Source of the DNA: Sminthopsis crassicaudata
Lineage: Eukaryota
Length of the DNA: 64,000 nt
Direction of reading: 5' to 3'
NCBI RefSeq assembly: GCF_048593235.1
Contig: NC_133618.1
Span: forward strand, 605,510,889 to 605,574,888
The translations under genes and the position numbers were made by a program. Shown here in pieces: positions 12,601 to 24,790 of this stretch. Numbering within the stretch: the first letter of the stretch is position 1; each line of letters opens with the position of its first letter. Below the pieces are notes generated by a model. It did no database searches. It was not told the origin of the DNA and saw only the letters and a list, made by a program, of their open reading frames with translations.

Positions 12601-15600
12601 CCTATTTATTTTATAAAATCCAATTGAAAAAAAAAATCAAGGTCATGCTTAGCTAGTGGTTATACTGAATGTGTAGCATCTTAATTTCCAGGATAATGCC
12701 AAATTATTTCTCATTCAGGTATTTTTCAAAGTTCTACCCCATAAAATGCCTATATCTCAATCCTCCACCAGAATCTCACACTTAGTGATTTCATCAGTTG
12801 CTCTGGCTTCCATTATGATTTATATGCAGAAGACTTTCAGATCTACTTGTCTAACCCTCACGTCTCTCCTTATCTTCAGTCTCAAATCTCCAACATCAGA
12901 CATTTCACACTGGATGTCCAATATATTAAATTCAACATGTTGAAATTGAACTCATTATTTTCTCTCCCCTCCTTCCCCCATCTCATGTCTCTTCCTAAGT
13001 TCCTTGTTACTGTCAAGAGTACCTCTATCCTCCAACTCACTTTTTTTTCTTTTTGAATAAATCAGAGAGGAAACATGGTACAGTGACACTTTAAAGCGTC
13101 ATCTAGGCGACACTTTCTTGTAAAGGACATTACGCTGTCTAGTCTTCATTGTCCCTTATTCCCTATGTAACCAGCAGTTTAGCCCTGTCATTTTTACTTT
13201 CCTAAATTCTCTTGTATCCTTTTTACTCCCCTGATACTGCTGCCATACTTGTATGGACCCTTACTGTCTTAACACTTGAACAGCAGCAATAGCCTACTAG
13301 TTGGTTTCCCAGTCTCATGCCTCTGACCATTCCAATCCATCTTCAACTTAGCTGTCAAATTGATCTTAAAGTATACATCTGACCATATCACTTCCTTTTT
13401 CAATAAATTCCAGTGGCTTCTCACTACCTCCAGAATAAAATATAAAATCATTTTGCATGTAAAGCTCTTTATAATTTGGTATTTTCTTTCCTTTCCAGTC
13501 TTCTTATATCCCATCACATATTTTTCAGTCCAATGACATTAGCCTTCATTTTTACTGGTTGTCCCCCATACCTGCAATATTCTCCCTCCTTAGATTCATC
13601 TCTTTACTTCCTACTAGTCTCACTTGAAGTTTCCCTTCAGCAGAAGTATCCTTCTTAGTCTGCTGCCTTTCCTCAGAGACTATGCCTGCTTATCTGACTG
13701 TTTGCATGTTGTCTCATTCATTGGATGGTGAACTTCTTGACAGCAGTATCCATTTCTTTGTGTCCTCAGAGCTTAGCATAGTCTCTTCAGCATATAGCAG
13801 GTGCTTAATAAATGCTAGATGACTGATGATCCTCCCAAGCTCCAGAGTACATGAGTCATACGTTACCATTATCAGTTTATTTATTTATTCATTGAATCAA
13901 CAATTATTTTATTGAATGCCTGTTCTAAAGAAATGATTCCAGCTATTCTGGTCCTTCTGCCTCAGACCCTAGGCAAGGTCCATGCTACTAACCTTATAAT
14001 AAGAGCCATGGCTAAGCAGGGTACTTAGCGCTGATTAAACATTTCCCTGTTTACAGAATGGGGAGACGTATAGTGAAGTCATATATATTCCAGTACAAAG
14101 CAACAAGATGATAAAGAACCAGGCTAGAGGTCAGTTGATTGTGCCAGAGGCAGAAGTAGATTTAAAAACCAGAAATTCACAGAGAGGCAAGGGACAAGAT
14201 ATCGGTTTCAAGCTACTCAGTTTTTCTCTTATCCTATTCCATTCTTCAGCTTCACATAATCATCAAAAAGTTGAATTATACATAGAATGTAGATTGCATG
14301 AATCTCAAAAGCTAGCTCTCCTGACTTGCCCGAATCCTTATCAATTGGAGGGTTTCCCAGGTTTGATGCACTTTTGTTAACCTCTATAATTCCATAATCT
14401 GTATGGCAGCAAACTCATTAAAACCCATGAACTGGAGAGTTCCAACTGTTCTTATTAATCTCCATTTATGGGGTTATGAATACTAAGTGATGGAAGAAAG
14501 AGAATCAATTCTCCAGTGGAATCTAAAACTAAACATTTTCTTACTTGGTGGCTAATGATCCATATTCCAGAGATGCTTTGGTGATCACTAGGACTCACTT
14601 TCTCTGAACTTTGACTCTGCCTAATCCTACTTACTATATATAAAGTACTGTAGAAAATCCCAAAATGAAATTAACATAATAGTCTAGATTAAATCTGACC
14701 AGGAGAGTACAATGAAACTATTACTTCCTATGATCAATCATCAAAGATTTACTAGTGGTGTAATATATTCATGGCTCCATGAACTGAGGAGACCTTTGTC
14801 TTCACTTTTTTTTCTTTACAAAAGACCCTGTTCTTATGGATCTTATATATTCTATCAGAGAAGACAACATGCCCATCTATGTGTGTTTATTATATGCATA
14901 TGTACATACATTTATGTACAGAAAAAATACTTTATCAATACAAAAGAGGGATGGGAAATGACAGCAATTATGGAGTGGGAAGCAAGGACAGAAGAGATCA
15001 GGAAAGGTTTCAAATCTCATCTATCTTCTCCAGCACATGCACAAGCTAATATCAAATATAATGTGCTAAATGTGGTCTCTGAGCTGAGTTTTTTAAAAGG
15101 ATATAAGGGATTCTATAAGACTGAGGTGAGGAAGGAATATAAAACCAGCATGAAGGAAATCGAAGTACTGTATATGAAGTATTGTTTGAATAAGGCCCTT
15201 TTCAGAACTCCTTAAATTTTTTTTCCACTAGCAACCCTTTTTTGCCTGAGAAATTTTTATATGAGCCTGGATATATAGGAATATTAAATAGGTATACAAG
15301 TCAAACATTTATGATAATAAATCATAATTTCAAGACTCCTACATACAGTTAAAAGATACTATATAGGGTCAAGAACCATAGTTTAAGAAGCTGGGAACTA
15401 GACTATTGAGTTAAAGGAAGGACAGCAGTATTGGAGGCTAGAAAAGTCAAGTAATAAAGGACTTTAGAAGACGAGATTATATTTGATCCTAAAATTGCTC
15501 TTTTAGAGAAGACAGAGAAAATAGAGCAAGGACACAAATAGAAAAGATAGCCTTGAATAGAAGGGCTATCACAGTATAAGGAAGGATTAGAGGATAAGGG

Positions 15601-16243
15601 GTCGAGGCCAGAGGATTTAGGAATGAAGAGAGGGGAAAAAAAAAACTCAGGAGTTACTTGATCTATGTTTTTCAGCTAATTATAAAGTGAAGGCTGCTCA
15701 GCTAAGGGAATAGAATTAGGGGAATGTATGGGAAGTTTGTTAAAAGAGAAGGGTTAGAACAGCCTCTGTCCAGAGTAAGATATATAATCAAATAGTGAGA
15801 GGCAAAAGATTTTTTTTCTTTTTCTTTCCTGCAGCTAGGGTTAGATAATATACATTTGGAGGGGGTCCAGTCAGTTAAGTTGTTGCCTTCCTCCAGTTTC
15901 ATTCAGCTGCCTGTGAGTGGAAGCAGAAGAGTAAGATAATGATTAAGACAACATATTTTAGTAATATATCCTGAGAGTGTTAGATGTTTCAGCAACTGAA
16001 TTCTTTTGACTAATATTAAACTTACAGTCAACTAAAATCCTCCAATATATTACTCTTACAGATACAAGAGTTCCAGTAAGTTTCAGTAGTATCTATCTGT
16101 CTCTTCCTTAGGCATTCTAATTCAACTTGACCTAGAAATTCTATTTATATTTGTATGCCTTTTTATTTATGATATGCTTTGTTTCACAATTAGCTTGCTT
16201 AGTTGCTCTTGATGCTGTAATTTATGAAATACAGCCAAAGCTC

Positions 16244-16423
16244 TGATAAAAACAATAGCTTCCTAAAACTTCTGCCAGAAAAAAATTACTTGTCTAGGGA
16301 AGATCTTAAACATATACATGTATATTATAAAGTGATAAAAACAGTAGCTTCCTGAAACTTCTGCCAGAAAAAAATTACTTGTCTAGGGAAGATCTTAAAC
16401 AAATAAATTTATATTATAAAGTG
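16244..16423. repeat. 89-bp tandem duplication
   Basis: tgataaaaaca.tagcttcct.aaacttctgccagaaaaaaattacttgtctagggaagatcttaaaca at 16244 and 16333. Confidence 0.95.
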
Positions 16424-17639
16424 CTATGACCTTAATGTTTGTAAAGTGTTTTATATACCTGATCTCATTTGATCTTGCCTCCATTATTCTCCTTTATCCA
16501 ATTATCTTCCTACGAAAAAATAATCTTCATTATTGGCCAACTACTTTATCATTCCCTCAAAAATCTTGCACTTTCTATGGACTCTAACATAATTATGATA
16601 GCTACCATTTATATTGTATCTTACGATTAAAAAGAAGGTGCCATGAATTATCTCATTTGATCCAAGATAAAATCTCTATGGGATCTGACTCCAACCTGCC
16701 TTTCCTGCCTGATTTTATGTTATTCTTCTTTATACAGTATATATTTTCCAGCTAAACTGGACTATGGTTTATTTTGTTCAAGCTGCCTTGCCATCTCCCA
16801 TATCTACCCCCTTCAACTAGTTTTTCCTGGAATGCGCTCCCTCTCATTATCCTGAATCTTAATTAAGTTCTCTCAGGTTAACTCAGCTTCCAGTTCCATC
16901 AGTTCTGATTCTGATTAATAAATAACATTTATTAAATATCTACTATGTGTCAGGAATTACGCTAAATACTTTACAAACATTATCTCAATTAGATCCCCAC
17001 AACAATCCCATTACAATTCCCATTCTGAGGCAAATAGAATTAAATGATTTGCCCAAGATTAGGCAGCTAGTAAAGTGTCTGAGACTGATTTTGAACTTAA
17101 AGTTTATAAATACATGAATATACATCATCATACTGTGATGAGTGTAACTGAGGTTGTTGTTATCTCATTTATAGCTGAGGAAATTGAGACAGGCTAAATG
17201 GCTTGCCTGGGTTATAATCTAGGTAAAACTCAAGCCCAAGTGTCTGATGGCACTATGGTTAAAGTACCAGTCCTGGAGTCAGGGAGACTACTCTTTCTGA
17301 ATTCAAATTGGGCCTCAGACATTTATTAGCAGGGTGACCCAAGGTAAATCACTTAACTTTGCCTCAGTTTCCTCTTCTGTAAAATGAGCTGGAGAAGGAA
17401 ATGGTGAACCACTCTACCAGCTCTGCCAAGAGAACCCCAAAGGAGGTTACAAAGACCCCACACAGGACACAGGACTGAACATCTCCTCCAACTTGCTTGA
17501 CTGGAAGCCTAAATTTTCCCATTACACAGGGCTGATTGAAAGCAGGATTTTTTAAATTAAAAATTTTTATTTTTAGGGGGTTTGTGCCTTCCATTTTAGT
17601 TGTCTCCATCATGTCTGTGTGCTTTGCACATGGCAGATC

Positions 17640-18020
17640 CTTTATGTGGATTTATTTTTAATCCTGCAACTTGTTTCTAGTAGTTTTTCAGTTGATTCTC
17701 TAAATATGCCATCATGTCATCTGCAAAGATGGAGAATTTGGCTTCCTCATTACCTATTCTAGTTCCTTTAATTTCTTTTTCTTCTCTTATTGCTAAAGCT
17801 AACATTTCTAATACAATATTGAATAATAATGGTGACGAGGGCAATCTTGTTTCACCCCTGGTCTCATTGGGAATGTAATCCCCATGACATATTATTTTAA
17901 ATAGATGCTACAGATCATTTTAAGGAAAACTTCATTAATTCCTGTACTCTTTACTGTTTTTAATAAGAATGGATGTTGGATTATCATTTTTTTCTGCATC
18001 TATTTAGATAATCATAAGAT
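17640..18020 (-). mobile_element. L1 ORF2 (RT region) fragment
   Basis: atcatgtcatctgcaaa...ttcttctcttattgctaaagctaacatttctaatacaatattgaataata is typical antisense L1 RT sequence. Confidence 0.8.
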
Positions 18021-18290
18021 TTCTGTTAGTTTGATTACTGATATAATTATTTAGCAGATACTTTAAAAAGGATGGATTTAATCCTATGATTTCTGTTAGT
18101 TTGATTACTGATATAATTATTTAGCAGATACTTTAAAAGATGGATTTAATCCTATGATTTCTGTTAGTTTGATTACTGAGATAATTACTTAGCAGATACT
18201 TTAAAAAGGAGGGATTTAATCCTATGATTTCTGTTAGTTTGATTACTGAGATAATTACTTAGTAGATAATTTCAAAATGATGGATTTAGT
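18018..18290. repeat. Minisatellite: about 3.9 copies of a 68-70 bp L1-derived unit
   Basis: Units gatttctgttagtttgattactga... start at 18018, 18088, 18156 and 18226. Confidence 0.95.
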
Positions 18291-19038
18291 TTTCATCTTT
18301 TGGGCCGCACGTTCCAGCTCTTAAATGGACGAATTAGTTGAACTCAAAAAGTCCTTTTTAACTCGAGGGCTTGTGAATGCAGGTCACAGAAGGAGGAGGA
18401 ACTCAGTTGTAATACATCGTCATTGTAATGTGAAAAAAGTGTCCCCGGTTTACACGGGATCTGGCTTAGAACTGATTGAAGTGTTAAGGCATACAACCAT
18501 TGAAATACAATTGAAAAAATAAGCAGTCTCCCGACTATCACGGCGCGTCCGCGGAGCTGGAAAGTCTCGGTGGATCAGGAATTGCCTGGCCCGATCGGCG
18601 GTGCAGCGAAGAGGGCTGTGGAGGCCGGGCAGAAGACGAAGGCCCAAATCCTGGCGCTTTCCCCCTGCTTTTGAGGCCTTGGGAAGTCGGCTAACGTGGA
18701 CGGGGCCGTTTCGGTCAGTCAGTAAGCACGTAGGGAGCGCCCCGCTACAGCTTCGGAGACACAGAAGTCAGGGTCAGCTCTCCCCGGACTCACGGGCTAA
18801 GGGGCGTGGCCTGCTGGGGCTCTCAGGTCATTTTATGATCAGACTCTGTAAGGGATTTATTATCCGCTAAAAGAAAACTAGTTCATCGTTGGGAGGCTCT
18901 AATTTGGGGGGAAGTACTTTCGCTTTTCTTAATGGCGTTTCTCTCCTCGGTCCGTCAAGAGTGTACTTTGCACCTCATTAAGGGACAAGTACTCCCTCCA
19001 CACCCTCCTAAGGTATTCTTAACCCTGCCCACACGACT

Positions 19039-19046
19039 CTTTTATA
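19039..19046 (-). promoter_or_regulatory. TATA box (TATAAAAG) facing away from BTAF1
   Basis: The + strand cttttata is TATAAAAG on the - strand, embedded in GC-rich promoter sequence. Confidence 0.4.
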
Positions 19047-19085
19047 CCCGAGCGGAGGCGCGTGGGGACGCTCTCCCCGACGTCC

Positions 19086-19093
19086 TGACGTCA
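19086..19093. promoter_or_regulatory. Full palindromic CRE (TGACGTCA)
   Basis: Exact CREB/ATF consensus in the presumptive proximal promoter; occupancy is not shown by sequence. Confidence 0.6.
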
Positions 19094-19213
19094 CCGCGCG
19101 CCGACGGGAGGCTCTGCGCATCCTCGCACACTCGCCGGTGGCGGCGTGCTGACGCTTGCGTCAGCAAGGAGCGGGGCCGGGGGCACCCGTTTTGAAGTCG
19201 ACTGCTGGCCGGC

Positions 19214-19260
19214 GGCTGCTGCTGTTGCTATTTCCTTTGCTGGTGCTGTTGCTGCTGCTG
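19214..19260 (+). repeat. Interrupted (CTG/GCT)n tract in the presumed 5' UTR
   Basis: gctgctgctgttgct...gctggtgctgttgctgctgctg. Confidence 0.75.
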
Positions 19261-19317
19261 AACCCCCTCCGATTCTCTTCCTTCCGCGAGGACCGGCTCG
19301 GGGAAGCCTCGGGGCAG

Positions 19318-19353
19318 ATGCGCGAGAGGCAGCCGCGGGGTTCACTTGTTTAG
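19318..19353 (+). other. Candidate uORF in the BTAF1 5' UTR (MRERQPRGSLV*)
   Basis: The only ATG I found between about 19150 and the main ATG; weak Kozak context (cagATGc); stops at TAG 145 nt before the CDS. Assumes the TSS lies upstream of 19318. Confidence 0.45.
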
Positions 19354-19498
19354 GCTCCTGGCCCCGAGGCCTCGGGCCTTGCTCCCCGCCTCGGGGGCCC
19401 CTTGCTAGCGCCTCAGCCGCCACCCCCTTTCCTCTGCGCGACGCCCCGGGAGTCCCGAACCGCCGCCCCCTTCCCCCACGGCGCCGGGCCGGCCGGCC

Positions 19499-19512
19499 AT
19501 GGCCGTCTCCAG
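19499..19512 (+). CDS. BTAF1: BTAF1 coding exon 1 (MAVS-R)
   Basis: gccATGGCC GTC TCC AG|gtgagt in a CpG island. It encodes MAVS plus the first 2 nt of Arg, matching the BTAF1 N-terminus MAVSRLDRLF, and its phase joins exon 2. Confidence 0.95.
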
Positions 19513-20689
19513 GTGAGTACCGCGCGCTCGAGGGGGGCTGGGTCACCGAGGGACCGCGGGGCTGGGGCAGGGACGCGCCGACCTGCTCCCTTCTTTGGGC
19601 CGGGGCGCCGAGATCGGTGCCCACTTCCCTGAGGGACCGGCGCGAGGAAGGGGGGAGGCTCCCACCGCCGGGGGCAGAGGTGCCCATTGTCACCTGGCGG
19701 AGGCTCCAGCCGCAGAGTGTTCCGGGCTGGACCACTTGGCTCGGTTCCGGGAGGTTCCCCTTGTTGGGGAATCGGTTCCTGAGCATGTCAAGAGCCCCTC
19801 CAGTCGCTCCTTTCTTAACTGGTTTCCTTTCTGGGTTTTCGCCGTCCTCCTGCCAAACTCTAGCGCTAACTTTCCCCCCCCTGTCCCTTACGCATCTGGC
19901 TATTAAAAGTACATTCACCTTTTCTCTCTCGTGCTACGTCAGACGGCTGGGGTGTATACTATAGAAGTATGGAAAAGCTCATTCATTAAGATGAGTTAAT
20001 ACAGCCCAGTCTCCCACTGCTTTATGGATCAGCTCTTCCTTGTGAGAGCTTTAGTTGCTTTTCCTGTCTTACTCCTTTCATTATTGTTAACTCGGATTTG
20101 TCTTCCTCCCTTTAAAAGGCAATTCTTAAACATAAGCAGTCATCCTTTTCGTGAAGCCGACCTCACAAAATTTAAATGTTTTAGAAATGCTGGCAGTTCG
20201 AAGCAGTAAAAGGGAAAGTCATAAAGCAATTACAGAAATAAAAAATCGGGTATCGAACCCCTCCCCTTATCCCTTCTACTGCACTTTCCTTAGGTTCCCT
20301 CAGATGAGCCACTCCCCCTGGTCCTCCAAGCAGCCGGGGCTGGTAACTTGTATTTTGATCATTCTGTCCTACATAGCCATGCATGTGCATTGATGCCCCG
20401 TGAGATGATGGAACGCAGAGTCCAGCCATTTGCTCTGAGGCAAGTTTCAAAGCTGGAAATGATGTGTTCACTATATTCAGCAGAAACTTCTGGCTACTCA
20501 GAAAACAAAAATGTCTTCCTTGGATTTCCTTAAAATTAAATCACATTTATTGAGTGTTCAGTATATATATTTGGAGAGCTAATCTGTTGTGTAAGAATAG
20601 AGATGCTCTTATCGCTGATATATGTTTCACAGATACTCTTGCATCCTGATGGAGTGAGGAGAGGTAGTGGTATAGTACCAATTGGCTAT

Positions 20690-20915
20690 GATGAAAAAGA
20701 TGTTGCTAGGCTCATTTCACTCAGCATCAGTTCATGTAAGTCTCTCCAGGCCTTTCTGAAATCATCCTGTTGGTCATTTCTTACAGAACAATAATATTCC
20801 ATAACATTCATATACCACAGTTTATTCAGCCATTCTCCACTTCTCCAGTTTCCAGTTTCTGGCCACTACAAAGAGGGCTGCCACAAACATTCTTGCACAT
20901 ACAGGCCCCTTTCCC
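20690..20915 (-). mobile_element. L1 ORF2 3' fragment
   Basis: Near-copy of the L1 text at 32840-33060 (ctcatttcactcagcatcagttcatgtaagtctctccag...). Confidence 0.8.
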
Positions 20916-23900
20916 AGAGGAAAATTTTTAATAAGCTTCCAAAACTTAGTTTAAATATTTTCTGCTTTAAAATACTTTGACCCAACTCTTCCTATCTCAT
21001 TTCCTTTAATTTTTTTACCTGTCATATAATATTGAAATGTAAATGTAATCTGGCATCTGTTTGGTAAGATCCATAATGGTATTTAGAGGGAAATGAGTTG
21101 AATCAATTCCTAAGCACAAACTGGGAAATTTTTGATAACTGGAATTGTTTCTTTGGAGCAAGGTGGGTTATGGTGTTGAAATGACTTGGTTTTACCTTAG
21201 AAGATTTAAATATATTTTATTCAGTCAGTTAGCCTAGCACCTATGTGCCAAAAACTGTAAAACTCTGTAGAGACAAATAAAAAATGAGGCAGTCCCTCCT
21301 GAAAGGATACAACATTCTCACTATATGCAAATGCAAAGTATTTTAAAATGAATGCCAAAAAAAATTTTTTTCCTAGAAGGTCATTTGTGTATATAGTGTG
21401 ACATTGGAGCCAGATCTTGAGGGGAACTATAGATTATTAGAGAAGGATGAAAAGAGGAAAGAATATTTTAGGTAGGGGAGACAGCCTATGGAAAGACATA
21501 TTGGCCATCTTGGGTACTAGGAATAATTCTGTAGGCCAGTTTGACAGGGATGTAGAGTATGAAGGGGTCTGTAATGTCAGTCTGAAAAGATAGACAAGCT
21601 AAAGTATTAAGGACTGTGAAGTAGAGAAAGTTGCATTTTTTCTAGAGCTATTGGGGAGCTACTGAAGCTTCTTAAATAGGACAGGCAGACTCTGTACATA
21701 TGCCCTTTATCTGAATGGCTCCCATTTTCTACAGCAGATCTCTCCCTTCCAACATTCCCTTTCTCATGTTCAGTCACTATTGGTTCCTTCTTTGCTCCTT
21801 TCAAACATGAATATCATCTCCTTTGGCTGTCATCTCTTTTCCCTCTTTCATCTAAAGTCTAGGAAAAACAAGTAAATAATAAACTGTTTATACCTATTAT
21901 CTTCACTCTTACTCTTTTTCCTCTTCTTTATATATTTTCTCACTTTTTCAATTTCTAATATCACTCAACTGAAACTACTTTCTTCAAATTTAGGAATGAT
22001 CTCATAAATGCCAAATCTGATGATCTTTTCTCAGTCCTCAAGCTTCTTGAATTCTGCAGCATTTGATACTTTTTGATTACCCTTTTTTCTTGGATACTCT
22101 CTGTGGGTTGGTGTTTTATTTGTTTGTTTTGGAGGGGGGCACTACTCTTTCCTGATGCTCCTACCTTCCTATTCATTTCTTCTCAGTTTTCTTTACTGGA
22201 CATTCATCAATATCATACCTGCTAGCTATGGAGGTTACCCCATAGATCTGTCCTGGGCATCCTCTACTATTTCACTTGTTGAGTGCATTAGTTTACCTGA
22301 GTTTAATTATTTGTATAGATGAAAAGTACATTATATATAAGGCAACTGGGTGGCACAGAGGTTAGAGTGTAGACCCTAGAGTCTACAGGGATACAGGTCA
22401 GAAGACCTGAATTCAAATTCGGCCTTGGCTACTTACTATGGCACCTTGGGCAAACCATGAAATCTGTTTGCTTCTTCTTTTGTAAAATGGGTACAATAAA
22501 AACACCACCTCCTAGGGTTGTTGTAAGAATAAAATGATGTAATATTTGTAAAGTACTTTGTAAATATAAAAATGCGATATAAATCTTTGATATTATTATT
22601 ATGTACATCTAAATCCATTCATAAACTAAATATCCTGTTTACATCTTAAACTTAATGTCCAAAACATTCGTAATGCCACCTCTCTGCTGAACTTCCCTCT
22701 TTCTTTTACAGGTACTATTGTTCTTCCAGGGACATAACTTCAAAATTATCCTCAACTCTTCATTCTTCTTCACCCCACTTATTTAAGCTGTTGCTAAGTC
22801 TTGGTTTCTATACTTACAACATCTCTATTTTTTCATTTTTCTCTGTTTACCTCAGTTCATCACTTTTCAGATGGACTATTCCTTGACCTAGACTGTTGTG
22901 ATCTTCTAATTGATTACCCTGCCTCAAGTTTGTTTCCATTCCAGACCATTGTTTGTTCAACTTCTCAGAGATTTTTCCTAAATGTAGATCTCATCATGTG
23001 ATTCCTTTTCCAATAAAACTTGGGGGGGTTACTATTGTCTTCAGGATCAAATATAAAAGTTCTGTATTTAATTTTTGAAGCCCTTGGTGATATGACCTCA
23101 AAACTACTTTTCCAATCTTTTCATACATGTTAACCCAAATGAATCTTTATTTTGTTCCTTGGACTTAGCATTCCATTTCTGCTTTTGTTCTTGTTGGCTC
23201 CCAGGACTGATCAAATCTGGTCAACTGAGATAATAAATGTTTTTAAAAACAATTCTTACACATATAGTAGGTGCTATTTAAATAGTTAATCCCTTATCCC
23301 GTCCTTTGTTTTTCCTTTTCCTTTTTTTTGGAATTTACTCATGGCTCATTTGTAGAATTCTTATATCATTTATAGGATCCTTCACTTCCTAAATGACACA
23401 ATTCAAACTTAAAGCCTTCCTAGATCTTCTCAATAGCCTTTTCCTTCTGTTTTATATTTATTTCATATATATTTATTCTTCAAACTTTTATAGGTGTGTA
23501 AGTTGGTTGAGTTTTCATCCTCTGTTGCCTTTGTCCTCCTTTTCCCCCTTGTCGTAGGGTGCATGATAAATACTTCTTGATTATGGTATGCTTTAAGTCT
23601 TATCTATTTAGTAGCTGAAGAGTATGAATTGGAAAGGGTAGAAACCTTTGTTCAGAATGCTTAACAACTGCTTTCTGAGTGAATGCTTTTAAGTTTTCAG
23701 AGCTATTATTCCTCCTTTATATCATACTTCATACATTTCTCCAGTTAACTAGTTAACTATCTTTAGGCCATCAAAATCTCAAGGTGTGGAAAGTCCTCCA
23801 TGAGCAAAATGAAATATACTGTATACTAAGTAATAGCAATGTTCTGGGATGACCAGCTGTAAATGACTTCGCTACTCTCAGTAGTACAATCATCCATATC

Positions 23901-23979
23901 TACTCTGAAGGACTTATGATCACAATCCTATCCATAGCCAGAGAAGGAACTGATCTAGTCAGAATATGTATTGAAGCGC

Positions 23980-24016
<37 letters not shown>

Positions 24017-24070
24017 GTTTCTCTCTGTCTCTTTCTCTCTTTTTCTTTCTCTCTCTCTCTCTTTCTCACT
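23980..24070. repeat. (CTGT)n/(CT)n microsatellite
   Basis: Direct reading of the sequence. Confidence 0.9.
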
Positions 24071-24299
24071 TAAATTTTCTTGAAGGTTTTTATTTTTATT
24101 AGGGTAGGAAAATCTAGGTTTTCTTTCACAACTTGACTGTTATGGAAATTTTTTTTTACAAAACTTCACATATGGTTTCTTAATTGTGGGTGGGAATAAG
24201 GGAGAGAACCTAGAACTCAAAAAATCTTTTTTTTTTTTTTTTAACTCAAAAATCTTAAAAACAAATGTAAAAATTTTTTTGAAATGTAACTGGAAAATT

Positions 24300-24310
24300 T
24301 ATATAAAATA

Positions 24311-24354
<44 letters not shown>

Positions 24355-24365
24355 TTATATAAATA
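24300..24365. repeat. (TA)n microsatellite
   Basis: Direct reading of the sequence. Confidence 0.9.
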
Positions 24366-24527
24366 AAATAAATTTTAAAACTCAAGGTGTTCTAAAAGTA
24401 TTTTTTAAAAGAATATTATGCCACATTTGTGAAAGTTCTAGTCTTGTCATTGGATTCTAGTTAAATACTGTTCTAATGTCAACTCTTAGGGGTTATCCAT
24501 TGAATGGGAGTAGGAGTGTATGGAGAA

Positions 24528-24790
24528 GCTGGAGGTAGTAGCACAACTCTCCAATCCCTGTTGCAGAGGAGTCTGAGACTTGAGATCTCTAGGCTAGTAA
24601 ATTGCTGGAGTCCTGGAGTTTAAAAACTGCAGTAGAATTAAAGCTCATGAGGTGCATCAATATAGTGAGCCCCTGTAGTGGAAGGGTGAGGGAATTGGGA
24701 CACATTCAGGCTGCCTAAGCAGGGGCAAGCTGTCCCCAATCTGAAACGAGCAGGTCCAAACTTCTGGGCTGATAAGCAATGTTATCTTGT
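24528..24790 (+). mobile_element. Decayed 7SL (SRP) RNA-derived retroposon, P7SL-like
   Basis: gcatcaatatagtga, caggctgcctaagcagggg and gaaacgagcaggtccaaact...gctgat match the 7SL S-domain (GCATCAATATGGTGA, CAGGTTGCCTAAGGAGGGG, GAAACGGAGCAGGTCAAAACT); heavily mutated. Confidence 0.8.

Larger units (their letters stand above)
18520..19960. promoter_or_regulatory. CpG island: BTAF1 promoter, 5' UTR and exon 1
   Basis: Abrupt GC/CpG-rich stretch in otherwise AT-rich DNA, in two lobes (about 18520-18820 and 19050-19960); it contains the BTAF1 ATG. Confidence 0.9.

Noticed and set aside
14712-15215. 167-aa + strand ORF
   Set aside because: AT-rich, no recognisable domain or splice pattern, and overlaps decayed repeat-like sequence; consistent with chance.
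19091-19964. Long overlapping ORFs (275 aa on -, 272 aa on +) across the promoter
   Set aside because: Low-complexity Ala/Gly/Pro/Arg translations expected from a stop-poor CpG island; the real coding part is the 14-nt exon 1.
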